A stretch of 62,272 nt of DNA, the filler included, from Gonapodya sp. JEL0774 (taxonomy: Eukaryota): assembly GCA_027604505.1 (NCBI GenBank). It is 18 parts of 18 records of this genome, joined end to end, with 100 filler letters (N's around TTAATTAATTAA, not from the genome) between each part and the next. Parts side by side here need not be neighbours in the genome. Positions count along the whole stretch, not along the records: positions 1 to 3,392 come from JADIIX010001318.1; positions 3,493 to 6,879 come from JADIIX010001319.1; positions 6,980 to 10,361 come from JADIIX010001320.1; positions 10,462 to 13,842 come from JADIIX010001321.1; 14 more parts are not named here. One strand, given 5' to 3'. Both the position numbers and the translations under genes were made by a program. Below the pieces are notes generated by a model. The model had not been told where the DNA came from, made no database searches, and worked only from the letters and a program-made list of their open reading frames with translations. This document shows, piece after piece, positions 1-13,400 of the stretch (position 1 is the stretch's first letter; every line of letters starts with the position of its first letter).

Positions 1-2206
1 TGCAGCCATCGATGTTTTCAGGAGTTTCGTCGTCCAACCGGCCATGACCATCGTGAGTGTCCACGTGGTCTTCACCTGTGGCATCTTCACCTTTCCATAC
101 ATTCCCCATTCGCCCGTCAGCTCACCGGTCTCAAACTTCTCGGTAAGAATGCCTACCAAGTGTTCTACTTGTGGTTAGAGATCCAGGCAAAACGAAGGCC
201 GGGAAAGACGCTCAACCGAGCGGAAATCTTGCTCGTTCAACGGTGAGTCCCACCATTTGATTCTTTCCCCTCTGGAGCGCAAAACGATAAAACTTTTGTA
301 CACTGTTAGAACTCGCCGTGATGTTCTCGTGGTTTTCCCCTTTGTCGTCTACTCCCTCCTGCCTTTCACTCTCCCAACCATCCCGCTTATCCTGAGGTTC
401 CTTCCGGGCGCTGTGCCATCCACGTTCGTCACTCAAGAAGCATGGGTGCGTTGTTGTGAGATGTACGACAAATGGCAGACGAAGGGTTCAGACAGGGCTT
501 CATGCTCAACAAGATTGGCACTGATTGTCGTGGTGGGATGCAAAACGGACTCTGATTGTGTGGTATGCCACACAACAGATGAAATCCACCTAAAAATTGA
601 TTTGGTGGTTTTATGCAGTCAGAGGATCGGGGTTTCCCCGTGCTCCTTGTCATGGTCGATCGATCCGGTTTTTCAACATTCCTCATCATCTCCACCCACC
701 CCGCTCCCCCTTCTCCCCCCCAGCTCGCCAACCTCCGCCAACACTCTTTCGCTCGCCTCCGAGCAGCCACACACCTCGTCCGCCACGTCAGCGCCGTCGC
801 CGACCGGGTTATCCAAGCCGGAGAAGGAGGAACAGTGCACGGGAGGAGAGTTACGGGGGAGGAAGTCTATGCGGCAAAGGTGTGGCAGGGGTTGGTGAGT
901 TGGAGGCGGGAGTTTTGGGTTCTTGGGGATTTGAGCAGATCCGGTGTCGGACGGGGTGCGGCAGTGTGTGGCAGGACCAGTGACCGGTGTAAAGAGCACA
1001 CGCGACCAGAACCACCCGCATGTGCAATGACCTAGTCCAGTCGATTGTCATGTGGGGAAAACGTCTTCTGAGGGTACATGATCCCGTGGGGATCTCGATT
1101 TGTTTCAATGGCGGAAGCGGAGAGGTGAAGCGACAAAGGTGGCGCACCTTCTCTGAGTCTCGAATCTTGCTTGAAGCCTGCTCTACCGTTCTCTCAAGCA
1201 TCTCTTTACCTCGAACCGATTTCCCCATGACACAGCTCTCCTCGCACCCCCCGTCCTCCCTTTCACCCACCACCCCCATCTCCTCCTCCACCCTCTACCC
1301 CCTTCGCCCCCTCTTCCTCACCCACTTCAATCTCCTCTCCCCGCCCCGTGCCTCCCTCGACTCCATCCTCCGCTTCCTCGACCACCCCCTCCTGGCACTC
1401 CCCTTCGTCCCCAGCTTCGTCAAGCGGGCCAGTATCGCCCGGTGGGCAGAGTGGGTTGTGAAGGATGACGGCATGCTGGAGATGCAGGAGGGCGTGGGGG
1501 GGACGGGGAGTCAGGGGACGGTGGGGTACGGGATGGGGGACGATGAGGTGGTCAGGACGGGGATGGAGAGGGGTGAGTAGGCGGGCTGAAGTGTCGTGGG
1601 GGTGGGAAACGATAATGTGGGAGAGCGTACGGGACGACAGGGACTGGGTAGGATGCACAAGTGACATGCGCGGGCGATATTTCTCATGACTCCTAGTGTC
1701 TCTCGAGGCCTTGTCTTCAACGATTGACTATTGGAGACAGAGGATGAATACACGTCGGGCTCTGGAATTGACCCTACTTGGGTTTTTGCGATGGGACTTG
1801 GAACATGACGGTCCCGAAATTACGTAACAACTAACCTTCCCCGTCGTTCCTACCGCTATGACCCATGTCCTAACTCGCAGGTTTCACCCCCATTCTCGAC
1901 GTCCTCTCGACCTACCCGCCCACCTTGCCCCCACCGACCCTCACGACCCTCCTCCCCCTCCCCGCCAGCTCTCGCACCCTCTTGCTCTCCCACCTCTCCT
2001 CCCACGTCCGCCTCACCCGCAATTACCTCGCCCAGCACGGCTCGACCTACGTGCCGCGTGTCGCAGGCGTGGCGGTGGACGCGGGGAGTGCGGCGCAGAA
2101 GAGGTACCTGAAGCCCAGGGAGATGGGCGCGTGGGCGAGTATGGTGGTGGTGGGCGCGGCGGTGGAGGGGGTGGCGAGACATGGGGATGGGGTGGTGAGG
2201 AAGTGA
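1..2206 (+). CDS. LETM1/LETMD1-like mitochondrial inner-membrane protein, multi-exon, 5'-truncated
   Basis: Spliced NRAEILLVQR|TRRDVLVVFPFVVYSLLPFTLPTIPLILRFLPGAVPSTF resembles the LETM1 transmembrane signature; later VVKDDGML...GMERG|F resembles the LETM1 ribosome-binding region. GT-AG introns keep the frame to TGA at 2206. Confidence 0.75.
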
Positions 2207-2769
2207 TGGGGAATATGGGATGCGGAGTTCAGGTGAGGTCCGGTTGGGTTGAGTGCTGTTTGAACAATAGGGGATGAGATATTTGGAAACGGACTTCTGT
2301 GAACGAAAATTTAAGTTTCGCTGGTTGGGGGTCGAGGTGAGCGAATGATCGCGTGGGGCTACTTGGTCGGGCTGTTTGGGTCGCCTGAGTCAACACGAAC
2401 TGTTCGAGCGCAGCACCCGGAAATGAACGCTCGGTAGCGAAGGGTTCCACCATTGATTGTCCGCTAATTGTGAATACTTGGAACCCAATATACTAGAAAT
2501 ACTAAAGACGTTTTATTCCACGATAGATGGTTTGCGGTGAAGGGCGGAGATTGTTGAGACCGAGCTGAGGATTCCAATCTCGCCCCCCCGGAACCACTTT
2601 TCTTTGTTCGACATATCACGTTTTTAGTGCGTCCACGCTCAAAGGGTGCACGAGCTCAACACGCCGATCGTCATTACAACAGTGTGCTAGTTCTCTTAGA
2701 AGCCTTGGCTTCGTGTCGCTTCTCCTCCGTGTACCGGTTGTGTGACCTGCAGCTGGCTACGAATTCGCC

Positions 2770-3153
2770 ATGTCTCCCACACTTTCAACCACGGACCCAA
2801 TCGACATCGCACCCTGCTCACCAGCCACCCTGCGATCCTTGCCGTCTACGCCTACCTCGCCGGCTTCCACGCTCTTTGCACCCACCCCGTCACCACCGGC
2901 TTCACCCACCTCGCCATGCCGCCACGTCTCCTTCAGACGAGAAGTCGAAGTCTTTTGGGTCACGGAAGAAGAGCTCGCACGGTCACACAAGGCGTTCGTG
3001 GAAGCTAAAAGGGAAGAAGCGGCGACAAAGGCCGACTCGACCCACCGGAGTGGGACCCCAAATTCGCCGAACCGATCCCCAGGAAGGCTGAAGGAGCGGA
3101 TGGGTGCAGTGGCAGTCGCGAGGAAGCTCGGGATGATTTTCACGGGGTTGTGA
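2770..3153 (+). CDS. Small Ser/Pro/Thr-rich protein with an RVxF-like motif (RHVSF)
   Basis: Single-exon 127-aa ATG ORF with a disordered N-terminus, then RHVSFRREVEVF and a charged helix. Confidence 0.55.
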   Translation: MSPTLSTTDPIDIAPCSPATLRSLPSTPTSPASTLFAPTPSPPASPTSPCRHVSFRREVEVFWVTEEELARSHKAFVEAKREEAATKADSTHRSGTPNSPNRSPGRLKERMGAVAVARKLGMIFTGL

Positions 3154-3392
3154 AGTTACGGGGCCCAGGACTCCCTCGTCCCGATGTCTCTGACGTGGGT
3201 CGGGACTGCCTTCACGGCAAAACCCACCCGCGCATACTTCCCCACACGAGCTCCCCCTTCTCCCTTTTCGTGCCGACTTTTTGGGTGCAACTCTTGGCAT
3301 TTTTTCCAACCTTTTTGCCGGCCCCTGATCTGGACGATGCAATATCTTGCCTTGAGGGTCACCACCAAGAAATCTACCCCGACATCTCGCCC

Positions 3393-3492
3393 NNNNNNNN
3401 NNNNNNNNNNNNNNNNNNNNNNNNNNNNNNNNNNNNTTAATTAATTAANNNNNNNNNNNNNNNNNNNNNNNNNNNNNNNNNNNNNNNNNNNN
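3393..3492. other. Artificial contig linker N44-TTAATTAATTAA-N44 (first of 17; others start at 6880, 10362, 13843, 17320, 20792, 24260, 27725, 31189, 34648, 38106, 41563, 45019, 48474, 51926, 55377, 58827)
   Basis: Identical 100-nt blocks with stops in all six frames. Segment lengths fall monotonically from 3392 to 3346 nt. Confidence 0.99.
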
Positions 3493-4222
3493 TGTGTCAA
3501 AAGCTGGCGATTTTTGTAAAGAACGACGGCAACCAATCGACATACCCCGTTCACAATGTGGTGCTCTAGGAGCCCTCCTCCAATGAGATTGAATCCAGCG
3601 GTGCTGTTTAGGACCGAGACGAGCCTGGGGTCAAGGCTAGTGAATGCCTGTTGAACGATGGAGCGCCCATCGCGAGTTGCAGATCATATGTGGGAGCGAT
3701 CTGTACGGTATTACTCAAAGACAGTACAAGCTGCACTTACACTATCTACTGGAGCGAAGATCTGCAAGCGATCGGAGGTTTTGCGTCCGACATGAATGCA
3801 GGGAGAGTAGATTAATTCCACTTCAAAAAATTCAGATCACCGCCGCAATTGCACGAACCGTCAAGTTCGAATCCGGTGCTATGAGAGCAGCAGCTAGGCC
3901 AGGATCGACAGCTTGGAGCGCTGGAATGAGAGCTTCCCGTCGGAAGAAACCACGTAATCATTGCACGGATGAACACCGCACTTCCCGACGATAATTGAGA
4001 CATGTACCCACACAGGATAGTCGAAAAGTTTCCCGTTGCAGTCATTGCGTCTATAATGGATCCACCAGGCGGAGCTTGTCTCTTGTGCATGATGAAGTGA
4101 TCGAATATGCTTTTTCCTGACGCAGTTGATCCAGTACCAGCGCGAGGGAGAGCATGAGTGGACGCTATGCAGAGAAGGAGACTGCTGAAAGCAAAAAGGG
4201 TGAGTCTAAAGCAGTCACGCAT
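3493..4222 (-). CDS. Secreted fasciclin (FAS1) domain protein, 3'-truncated
   Basis: Signal peptide MRDCFRLTLFAFSSLLLCIASTHA and a KR processing site. Spliced exons give SIIDAMTATGNFSTIL, NLTV, FAPVDS|AF and LLEHHIVNG (FAS1 H1 and YH-type motifs). Confidence 0.8.
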
Positions 4223-4479
4223 GGCTGATTGTTGGATCTGGTTGGTCGTGGAATCTTTACGACGTCTCCGGTCAATTGCGGCAAACACACGTCAGTGCCA
4301 GCGTCACACGCCTCGTACGCTCAATTCTCCCTGGAAGAGCAGAAACCAAAAATCGGATCGACTGCTAAAACGGCCAATCATTATCACAAATTTTATTGAG
4401 AATTTGATGGAAAGATCTCCATGGATCTGCCAATTCAGTGGAGTGAAAGATGACCCAAATTAAAGGCCTTTCACAACTT

Positions 4480-5936
4480 TCACAAATCCTTGTATGCGAA
4501 CACATTAATTAATTCTACGAATAAAAGAGCACACGCCGGATAATTGTCATTTACAATCGCTGATTTGATCGGAAAACAAAACACCTACACTCACCTGCAT
4601 ACTCATTCGGATCGTAATCCACCCCCATCTGCTGCAAGCTCTTCTCCGAGTGGACGACTGTGCGTGTTGGGACACAGCAAGTCTGAATACTTGCATCCGG
4701 TGTGATTGAATTAGTAAACGTGGGAGAGCAGCAAGTGGAGGCAGGCTTTGGAGGCGCAGAGCACGAGGTATCAGTTCGAGCAGAATCTGGAATCAAGCAT
4801 GAGGGTGAGACAGTGAGCATGGATGCAGGAGCACAGCACGCTGTGTTGCATTCATTGCCACTTCCAGACTTGTTGAACGCATTCAGGTCCAATCCCTTCG
4901 GGACAAGCTTGACATCCGAAAATCCAGCGTCTTTGAGCATTTGATGGTACTGGTCAGCCACAAGAGCACCAGAAATGCACCCGAAGTAGGCCACCATGGA
5001 TTCCCTGATGTGCGGGGGAAGCGTCCCGCGCAAAGCGGTGTCGGACGCAACAAGCCGACCCCCGGGTTTCAGGACACGGTAGATTTCCTTAAAGGCACGA
5101 CCTTTGTCGGGGCACTGCAAAACCAAAAACTTGGGCGCTAGTTTCCTGAGGCAGGTGCATAAACCAAGACTCTCACCAGATTCAGGACACAGTTGCTGAT
5201 TGCACAGTCAATCGAGTTGCTGGCAATATCCATGTCCTCAATAGAACACTGTACAAACTCGACGTTCGAATAGCCGCCCTTGAGAGCATTGCAGCGTGCG
5301 AGCTCAATCATTTCCTCGAGGACCCGAAACCTTTCCTTAGAATAACTCGTTCATACGATTCAAAATCTCCGCGCACTCACAGGGTTTGCATCCACCCCAA
5401 TAACTTTTCCGTTCTCACTGACTCCCTTGGATGCAAGGAATACGTCAAGCCCGCCACCAGAGCCGAGGTCAAGTACCGTTTCGCCAGCACGAAGATTGGC
5501 GACTCGCACGGCTGGCACCGATTATGTAATTATTTGCGGCTAGAGAGCTTAAGTATCAGGCGGATACGATAGACAAAATGAGTGACGTACCATTTCCACA
5601 GGTGAAGCCGACTGTCATGTTGTAAATTCGCCGGGTTGGAGGATCAACAGGACACATCAGGGTTTCAAACTCAGCTCACTGTTCGTGGACGGCCCCGATT
5701 CGATCTCCGAGCCTTTCAAACAGTATTCTGCTGCCTGGGTTACGACGTTCGCCTTTTGTTGGTCATCCGAAGGTCTGAAGAAGTGAACAGAGGATATAAT
5801 TGCTCTGAGATTGTATGTGACTGGGACAAAATGCTGAAACATAATAGAGATGAGGCAGCCTCCGTTTGCGATAGTTCATCCGCGAGCGTTGATGGCTCTC
5901 AATATCTCTAGAGGGAGTGATGGGATACATACCCAT
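4480..5936 (-). CDS. arsM: Arsenite S-adenosylmethionine methyltransferase (ArsM/AS3MT family); N-terminal exon structure uncertain
   Basis: Exons give [52 protein letters not shown] and GCISGAL. Last exon [10 protein letters not shown]. Confidence 0.9.
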
Positions 5937-6979
5937 TCTGCAAGATTTCGGGGATCAGGAATGAGCCCCGAATAGAATCGCCAGGCATTTCACTTGAGTT
6001 CTAGCAATAAAGAACTGTTTGGACTCTATAAGTCCCCTGACTTGATTCTTCCGCTTCCACGACAGGCATGCGTGTGGAAGAGGGAACCCGTAGAATAGCG
6101 ATAGCAATTTTCCGTTGGATGGCACCAGTAGTCCCAAGCTATTGAATGATCATCGTCAATGATCATCAAGAGGAAGGCGTATGTGTCGCAATCTCAAAAA
6201 TGAACAACTAGGGTCTTCAAGTTGTCCGTGGTGAAATGCCGCTGTCTTGCAGTTATCCAGCGATCAAGATTCAAGACCCCACAACACGATCGTTTAGCGG
6301 AACCGCTCTTTGCAGAAAATGAATTGCTGAGAGCAGGATTTGCAAGTTATGTAGATCTTACCCAACGGGATACTCAAATGGTCCATAAAGATATCGGCAA
6401 GTGCGAGGGAGTTTTGGGCGACAATAATGCGCGGGCAGAGACAGGTACACTACTAAGTAAGAACGAACAGGGAGCAGCTGGTGATAGCTGATTTCGGATC
6501 GTTTTGGGTTTAACTTCGCTGAAGTAGTGGCCGACACTGTTATTTATGGAATGTAATCTAGTTCGTTTACGGCAAAACACAACCAGTCAAACGAAACAGC
6601 AGCCGTATGCAACTTCGATGAATGACCACGGACTTTATTGAATTACTCGGCCAGATCACAAATATGTCATGGAATCGGCAAATCGGGAAAAAAATCAATC
6701 GCCCCCGCTCAAGATTGACTACCCATTGCCAGGGATTCACAAAGCTTTGACCGCGAACACGTTGACCGACACTGGACACACAACAACATGACGCAATGAG
6801 TATATATGGTGAATCTGCGGACCCGTTCACGTAACAAACTACAGCACTCACTGGCATACTCATTTGGATCATAATCCACNNNNNNNNNNNNNNNNNNNNN
6901 NNNNNNNNNNNNNNNNNNNNNNNTTAATTAATTAANNNNNNNNNNNNNNNNNNNNNNNNNNNNNNNNNNNNNNNNNNNN

Positions 6980-7999
6980 ACCTCTCTAGCAGAAACCTGG
7001 CCACCTTGCAATGCGCTAATCCCCGCCGACAGCTGCAACCGAGCCAATCGCCCAAGTCACGAACGCCTTTTACTCGCACTTTCGCCTCTCTCCCTCCATC
7101 TTCTCCCGGTTCGACTCCGTACTCGTTTGATCAGATCATGTCCAAACTCTCTGAAAACCGGGAACTGCAGATGGCTTTCTTCATGAGTGTGCAAAGGAGT
7201 CCCGGAATGCTCCGTCAGATTCAGGAGCTGCAGAAGCTCATGCAAGAAAAGGGCGTGATGAAGGCGAATGAAGGAACGCCCAGCCTGAGCTGTGAGTCAT
7301 TTAGAGCGATGGGTTCAGTCGGACTTGATCCGTGGTAGATGCTGACGATGCGTTCGTTCCTTTTAATGCCGATACCAATACTGAGAACAGCTATGTACAA
7401 AATGGTCATGGACACGGAGATTCGTTCAAAACTGGAAGGAATCACAGATGAAATGAAGAAGAGTGGATTCTTTTCGGAGGTGAGGGTCCACCAGAATGAA
7501 CACGCCCGCTTAAAATATAGAATATCTGGAATTGAGAGCACATACTCACGGGGGACGATGACATTCAATAATCACTGGGAGTTCTGTGATGCTCTCCTTG
7601 CGTTAGGAGCATTACTAGTGTTTGGAGAGCGCGGGATCATTCTAGTGTCGATTTCGTGTCAATTTTACCATGCAATCAAACACAGTGGGACTTCGAAGAC
7701 CAACTATTGTCTGAGGCTCGATATTGGAAGAGTTCCTCACTATCATTCGATACTCAGAAGGACCTCTTCTGACCAACATTTACGAATCCCAGAACGCCCC
7801 GCTCCTCAAGTCCATCTTTGGCGACCAGCCCACCCCCTTTGACGACCCCGAGTCTCTCGCAACGTCCACTGTGCGCCAAGCTGCACGCCGGGAAGATGTG
7901 CCCGAAAGGAAGGTCGACTTAGAGCAAGACGAACGAGCGGAAGGGGAACAGAAGGAAGGTGTGATTGGGAAGGTGAAGAAGATGTTTGGCAAAACGTAG
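6980..7999 (+). CDS. Hypothetical protein, probably mitochondrial, at least 3 exons, 5'-truncated
   Basis: Arg/Ser-rich presequence-like start (RTFASL), helical coding exons bounded by GT donors, ends GVIGKVKKMFGKT*. Confidence 0.6.
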
Positions 8000-10209
8000 T
8001 GCTGGTACAGAATGACGAGAATGGTACCAGGACGCAGTCTTAAGGGAACATCGCAGTCGCGAAGTTGTTTGTACCGTGCAGACTGCAGAGTCGAGCACGT
8101 GGTTGATGTGAAAGTGAAATAGTTCTCGAACTGACCCAAAATTTATTATTATTGAAAGTGAATGGTCAGAGGTTCTCGTACATACTTCGATTTCTGACAA
8201 GAAATCTCGAACAATGAGGTATGACCACTTGAGAAAGGCATACCACCCAAATAGTAGTAATCGAATTTTCAGGAAGGTTTTGCGTTGAGTTCATATTTCC
8301 CTTGGAGAATATGACTGGAGGAGTAGATCCGGCAGCCGGCTGTGGTCTCCTCCCAGTTTCTTCCCTTCAACGTCACCTCTCCTGAAATTGGACAACACGC
8401 GCTTTCACTTATGGCACTTGAAGAAGAAACTCGAGAGCGAATCAGTGAGTCACCCGTTGTGGTCTGGTCGCTGGTTTTCCCTTTTCTCTTCGAACTTTCC
8501 AATCTCGTTGCTCTTTCCCCCGTTCGATTCTCGTTCCATCTCGGTTACCTTACCGAAAATCTGCCATCATCACATTGATAAACACTCCACAATCGATGAC
8601 GTCATTTCTCTGTCATTCTTCAATCCTTTGCTCCGTCCAGTGCGAGTTTTTGAGTGGGGGAAGCGGGCTTTCCACGTCGGGTTCATCCCTTTCGTCCTTT
8701 ACCTCGGTACGTGAGGAGCTCAATCGGTCCAACTCCACGTCAATTGTACCTTCTCGTGCTCATGGCTGGCGCTTTTCTTTGTTCGTTCTCGTGATCCAAC
8801 AACTTGCTCGACATTCGCAGGTTTCACCCAGTCTTCCCCTCCTCCGTCCCTCCTCCGACTCATTAGCCCGCTCGCTGCTTAGACGATATCGAACCGGATC
8901 TGGAACAGTCGATGAGAGGGGAGACACGATGTTTCCGATGATGGGCTTGTTTGTCCGGACAGGCAGCGTACTTGGAAGAAAGTGGACATTAACCAACAAA
9001 CACGGTGTTCAAGATGTACACACGGCCGCTACGAATATATCGGAGGATGGTTTCTTCTCGTTCGCTTTCCTTCTGCGCTTCGACCTTCCTCTCTGTCTTC
9101 TCGCTTCCAGGCGACCGACATCTGTTGTCCTGCGGGATCCTCCTCACCGTCCTCTTGCTCACCCAGCGAGACGATGAATATCACCTACTGCTTTCCATAC
9201 CGTGTCCTTGTGACCCGTCGGATTCCTCTTCGCTGACCAACCCGAAGGCTCCAGATATCCCCACGATCCTCAACCGAGGTGTTCCCGTTTCTTCCATCAC
9301 TACGGTGGGTCCCCACGCCCTTTAGTGCTCTTTGATCGCTTTGTGGCGGTGTGTTGGTAGACCATGTGAGTTCATCGCCACGCCGAACCCGTCACCCAGT
9401 GGTCATTACGTGATGCACTTGAATACGTTGTATTTTGGTCTGCCGGGAGACTGGAAAGAACGAGACTCGGAATGATCACGTCTAGTACCTAGCGGACACG
9501 AATCTCTCCCTCTCACCGCTCTGTGCACTTTGGAAACATTTTGCTACAAACTGGACCGTCCGATGCATCTCCCACTCCGTGCAGATACACGCCCCCACTT
9601 GCTTTCACCTAGGGGGCTCGAACTCGCTGCAAGGTGTGTCTTGTGTATTGTCTCGGGAAGGTCATTGATGAAGACACAGCGCCTGGGAAAGGGATGAGTG
9701 CGCCGTGATCTACTTTCCGACTCCTCGATGCGAACGCGCATGTTTTCCTCCAAGTCTGCGTTGGCATTGTGCACATTAGACCGTCGAACGGGATGGCCGT
9801 CCACGTTCGATGTTTCAACTCGTTGATTGTATGCCCACCGAGTTCCCGACGATCGGACCTCGATCTGCGCTCGATATCGGCGAATGAATCTGTCTAATTC
9901 TTTCCGGCAACGTTCCTTGTACGTACCTCGGGTAGGGAGACAAATAGATCGGCAACCAATATATCGGCGATCTTGGATAGATATCCAAGTACAATGAAAT
10001 GATATCCGTTTGATCTGTGCTTTACGAGACATCGCATTTTCACTTGTTGATCGTCAACGGTAGCGAATTCACTGGTGAGCGAGACGATGAATCCCGGATG
10101 ATGACTCGCCGACTGGTGAGACCGGTAGTTGATGTTCGAACGTCCGTCTGAACCTCGGTCTTTCCCACACGATTCGTACCCTCCAACGATCGATGTTCGT
10201 CCTAGGGCG

Positions 10210-10361
10210 ATGCTCAAAAGGGCATTTTCCTTCTTCCTCCTCGCTGCCTTCGCGATCTCCATTCTGACCACCACCGGGTCGTCTGCGCCAGTTTCGGTCT
10301 GCGAATGGACCGATTACACGTTCCAGCACGGTATATGGCTTCATAACTGCACGGGTGATCA
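10210..10361 (+). CDS. Secreted protein of the QHGxWLxxCxGD family, 3'-truncated
   Basis: Signal peptide MLKRAFSFFLLAAFAISILTTTG, then DYTFQHGIWLHNCTGD, which matches the two paralogs at 38206-40187. Confidence 0.7.
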
Positions 10362-10461
10362 NNNNNNNNNNNNNNNNNNNNNNNNNNNNNNNNNNNNNNN
10401 NNNNNTTAATTAATTAANNNNNNNNNNNNNNNNNNNNNNNNNNNNNNNNNNNNNNNNNNNN

Positions 10462-13400
10462 GAAGCACATGATGCGCTGTTTTCTAGTGAATCTGGGGGA
10501 CTCCGGAGCCCTGCCGCTGATTCTTCTCTGCTCAATCGTAAGAAGTCTGGAACGGCCCATGAACGCGCAGCTTACCCGAAAAAGGATCAAACAAACAGTC
10601 CAGTTAACCAAAAAATGAGCTCTAAGAGCTGGAGGTTGGCGGCACGTGATGGATACAGTGCTCTTTACTCGGGTATCAACAATCTCCGAAAGACGAATGT
10701 GGTCACGCACATCGGGTTACTTGGGACTGTCTTCGACCACGATGGGACCCCTCTCGACCAAGACATCTTGACAAATGCTCTCAAGAATGAGTTGCGACAG
10801 CTCCTCCTGCAGCAAGGATGCGTTCCCGTTTTCGTGGATTCGAAAGTAGCTCACGGACATTATGAGGGATACTGCAAAACCGGTGAGAGCGACTGGAAAC
10901 ATTAGCCACATTTACTGTATAGCTAACTGAGGTCTCGGGTCGGGTGACAGTCCTGCAGCCCCTTCTTCATTGTGAGTTGCTTCAGCAAACGAAGATTCTG
11001 TTGGTGCTATTACCCCTTGTGCCACCACTGATAGCTTTCTTTCCGTATCGAAGATATTGTTTGGGATACTGATTACACCGGAGAGGATCAAAACAACCAC
11101 CAATATTACTTGACCGTAAATGAAGCTGTTGCCGATTCTGTCCAGCAAAGCTACCGAGATGGAGACCTGAGTGAGGAGCAATGTTTCCATTTCCATGCAT
11201 TTCCACCCACTCTCAGCTAATGATCGACCGCAACACCCGCATAGTCTGGATTCATGATTATCATTGTGGGTGTGAAGCTCCGGGAAACTTTCCCACACAA
11301 TTTCATGACAGATCCAGCTTCGCAGTCTTTATGTGTCCATCAATGGTTCGTGAGCGTATTCCCTCTGCAACCATTGGGTTCTTCCTCCATGCACCGTTCC
11401 CGAGCTCCGAATTGTTTCGCTGCCTTCCAAGTATGTAGTACAGCTCTTTCATGCGTTACTGGATCAAAGTAGTACGACTAGTGATCATCGCCGACATGCC
11501 CGTCGCACTCATAATTTTAGAACGGCAAGAGTTCTTGGAGGGTGTTTTAGGAGCAGATCTTATTGGGTTTCAGGTCTATGCTGTGGGTACAACCGTTCTC
11601 CTCAGTCTGTCAGCTAAGAAGTTGAAGGTTATCTATTCCCCGGCTCTCCTCTTTTAGTATGCCCGACATTTTCTTTCATGCGCAACAAGATTACTGGGTT
11701 TAGAGGCATCCCCTAAAGGGGTTGAGTTCCGAGGACGACCAGTCAATGCAGGGATCTTCCCAATCGGTGTGGATGTTGAGACCAGTGAATCTCGTCGGTT
11801 CGTACACCAATGCGAAATTTCGGAGAAACCATCAGGACCTATGTAATCACATTGCCTCTACAGTGACTCTCCAGAAGTTCGACAACGCATTGAGGCACTG
11901 AGAGAAGTTTACCGAGGGCAAAAGGTCATTGTTGGCCGAGATAAACTGAACCAAATAAATGGCATTCAGCACAAACTGAATGCTTTTGAGAAGTTCCTCG
12001 AAACTCACAACGAGTTTCATAACAAGGTATCCACTCGTCCTGCTCTCGCGGCGATGATCCACAGTTCACCGTTTCTTTGTGTTATTTTCTACAGGTCGTC
12101 CTTGTTCAAGTTGCCGCACCGCCTGAACAAGAAGTGCACCGATTCGAAACCAAGCTCAATGAGACCTCGTCTAGGATAAACAGTCGTTATGGCTCTCTCG
12201 AGTATACTCCGGTCCATCTTATTCAGCAAAATCTGGACCCAGACGAATACTATGCCCTGTTGAGCATCGCAGATGCAGGGTTGATCACATCTGTTCGTGA
12301 TGGCATGAATACTACGTCGCATGAATATGTCATTTGTCAGAAAGGTGATCTCTCTTGTGAGATTATCGTTTATCAATATTTTTTCATGTGGATTTGTCGT
12401 TTCGTTCCGCTCAGATAATCACGGTCCCTTAATTCTTTCAGAGTTCACTGGAACCGCAGGCTCTATGGGTTCTGCTATCATGGTGAATCCGTGGGATTCC
12501 AATGGTGTCGCGAACGCGATCAACGAGGCTCTGACAATGAATCAATCTGATAAACTTTCAAAGCACAAGGTGAATTTTTTGATGTTTCTCGAGCATCTGC
12601 GGTGTGTGATCGAGGAATAACCGGCAACCTTTCCAGCAATTGTACAATAGTGTGCGTTTACAAAGCTCCGCGAACTGGGCTCAATCTTTTATCTCGGAAC
12701 TTCAGGGTAACGCCAAGTTGGGAAGCGGTGCAGGCACAAACACCCCACTTCTCGACAGGACTCGTATTCTTGATGCCTTCCAAAAAAGCAGCCATCGTAA
12801 GTGCCTCAGAGTGCCACAAGTATTCAGTTACAGTACCCATGTAAACCACAACGTCTTAGGTCTTCTGGTGTTCGATTATGACGGGACGCTTACACCAATT
12901 GTTCGTTTTCCGCAAGACGCCGTCCCACCACCGAAAATGATCGCTGCTCTCTCGAAACTTGCCTCTGATCCCCGCAACTACTGCTTTGTCGTCAGTGGGC
13001 GGGATCAGGCGACACTCGAAAATTGGTTGGGTAGTATCAACGGCCTCGGGTTGTCCGCTGAGCATGGTGGGTTCATCAAGTACCCTGAGAGCGACGATTG
13101 GATTGATCTCTTGGAGGGTATGGACCTGAGCTGGAAAGACGAGGTTATAAAGGTGGGACTTCCTCACCGTTCGTGAACGAGCTGTGTTGCCTGAAGTCGA
13201 TATGCATTGTGCAAAAGATCTTCAACTACTATACGGAGCGAACACAAGGTTCGTCCATTGAGCTGAAAAAGAGTTCTGTGACTTGGCATTACCGTAATGC
13301 AGATCCTGAGTGGGGGTGGGTCATCTTGGCTTTCTATTTGGACCATGAGTATAACCCCCTATTTTATCCCAGTGCATTTCAAGCGAAAGAATGCCAGGAC

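Noticed and set aside
4480..5936. Selenocysteine in ArsM (some early-diverging fungi use Sec)
   Set aside because: The conserved Cys positions (TCGN, SNCV, GCISG) are TGT/TGC. Nearby TGAs are out of frame or in introns.
8269..10030. Possible minus-strand charged-protein gene and several antisense ORFs
   Set aside because: Purine-rich and coding-like in places, but I could not build a consistent spliced frame or recognise a motif.
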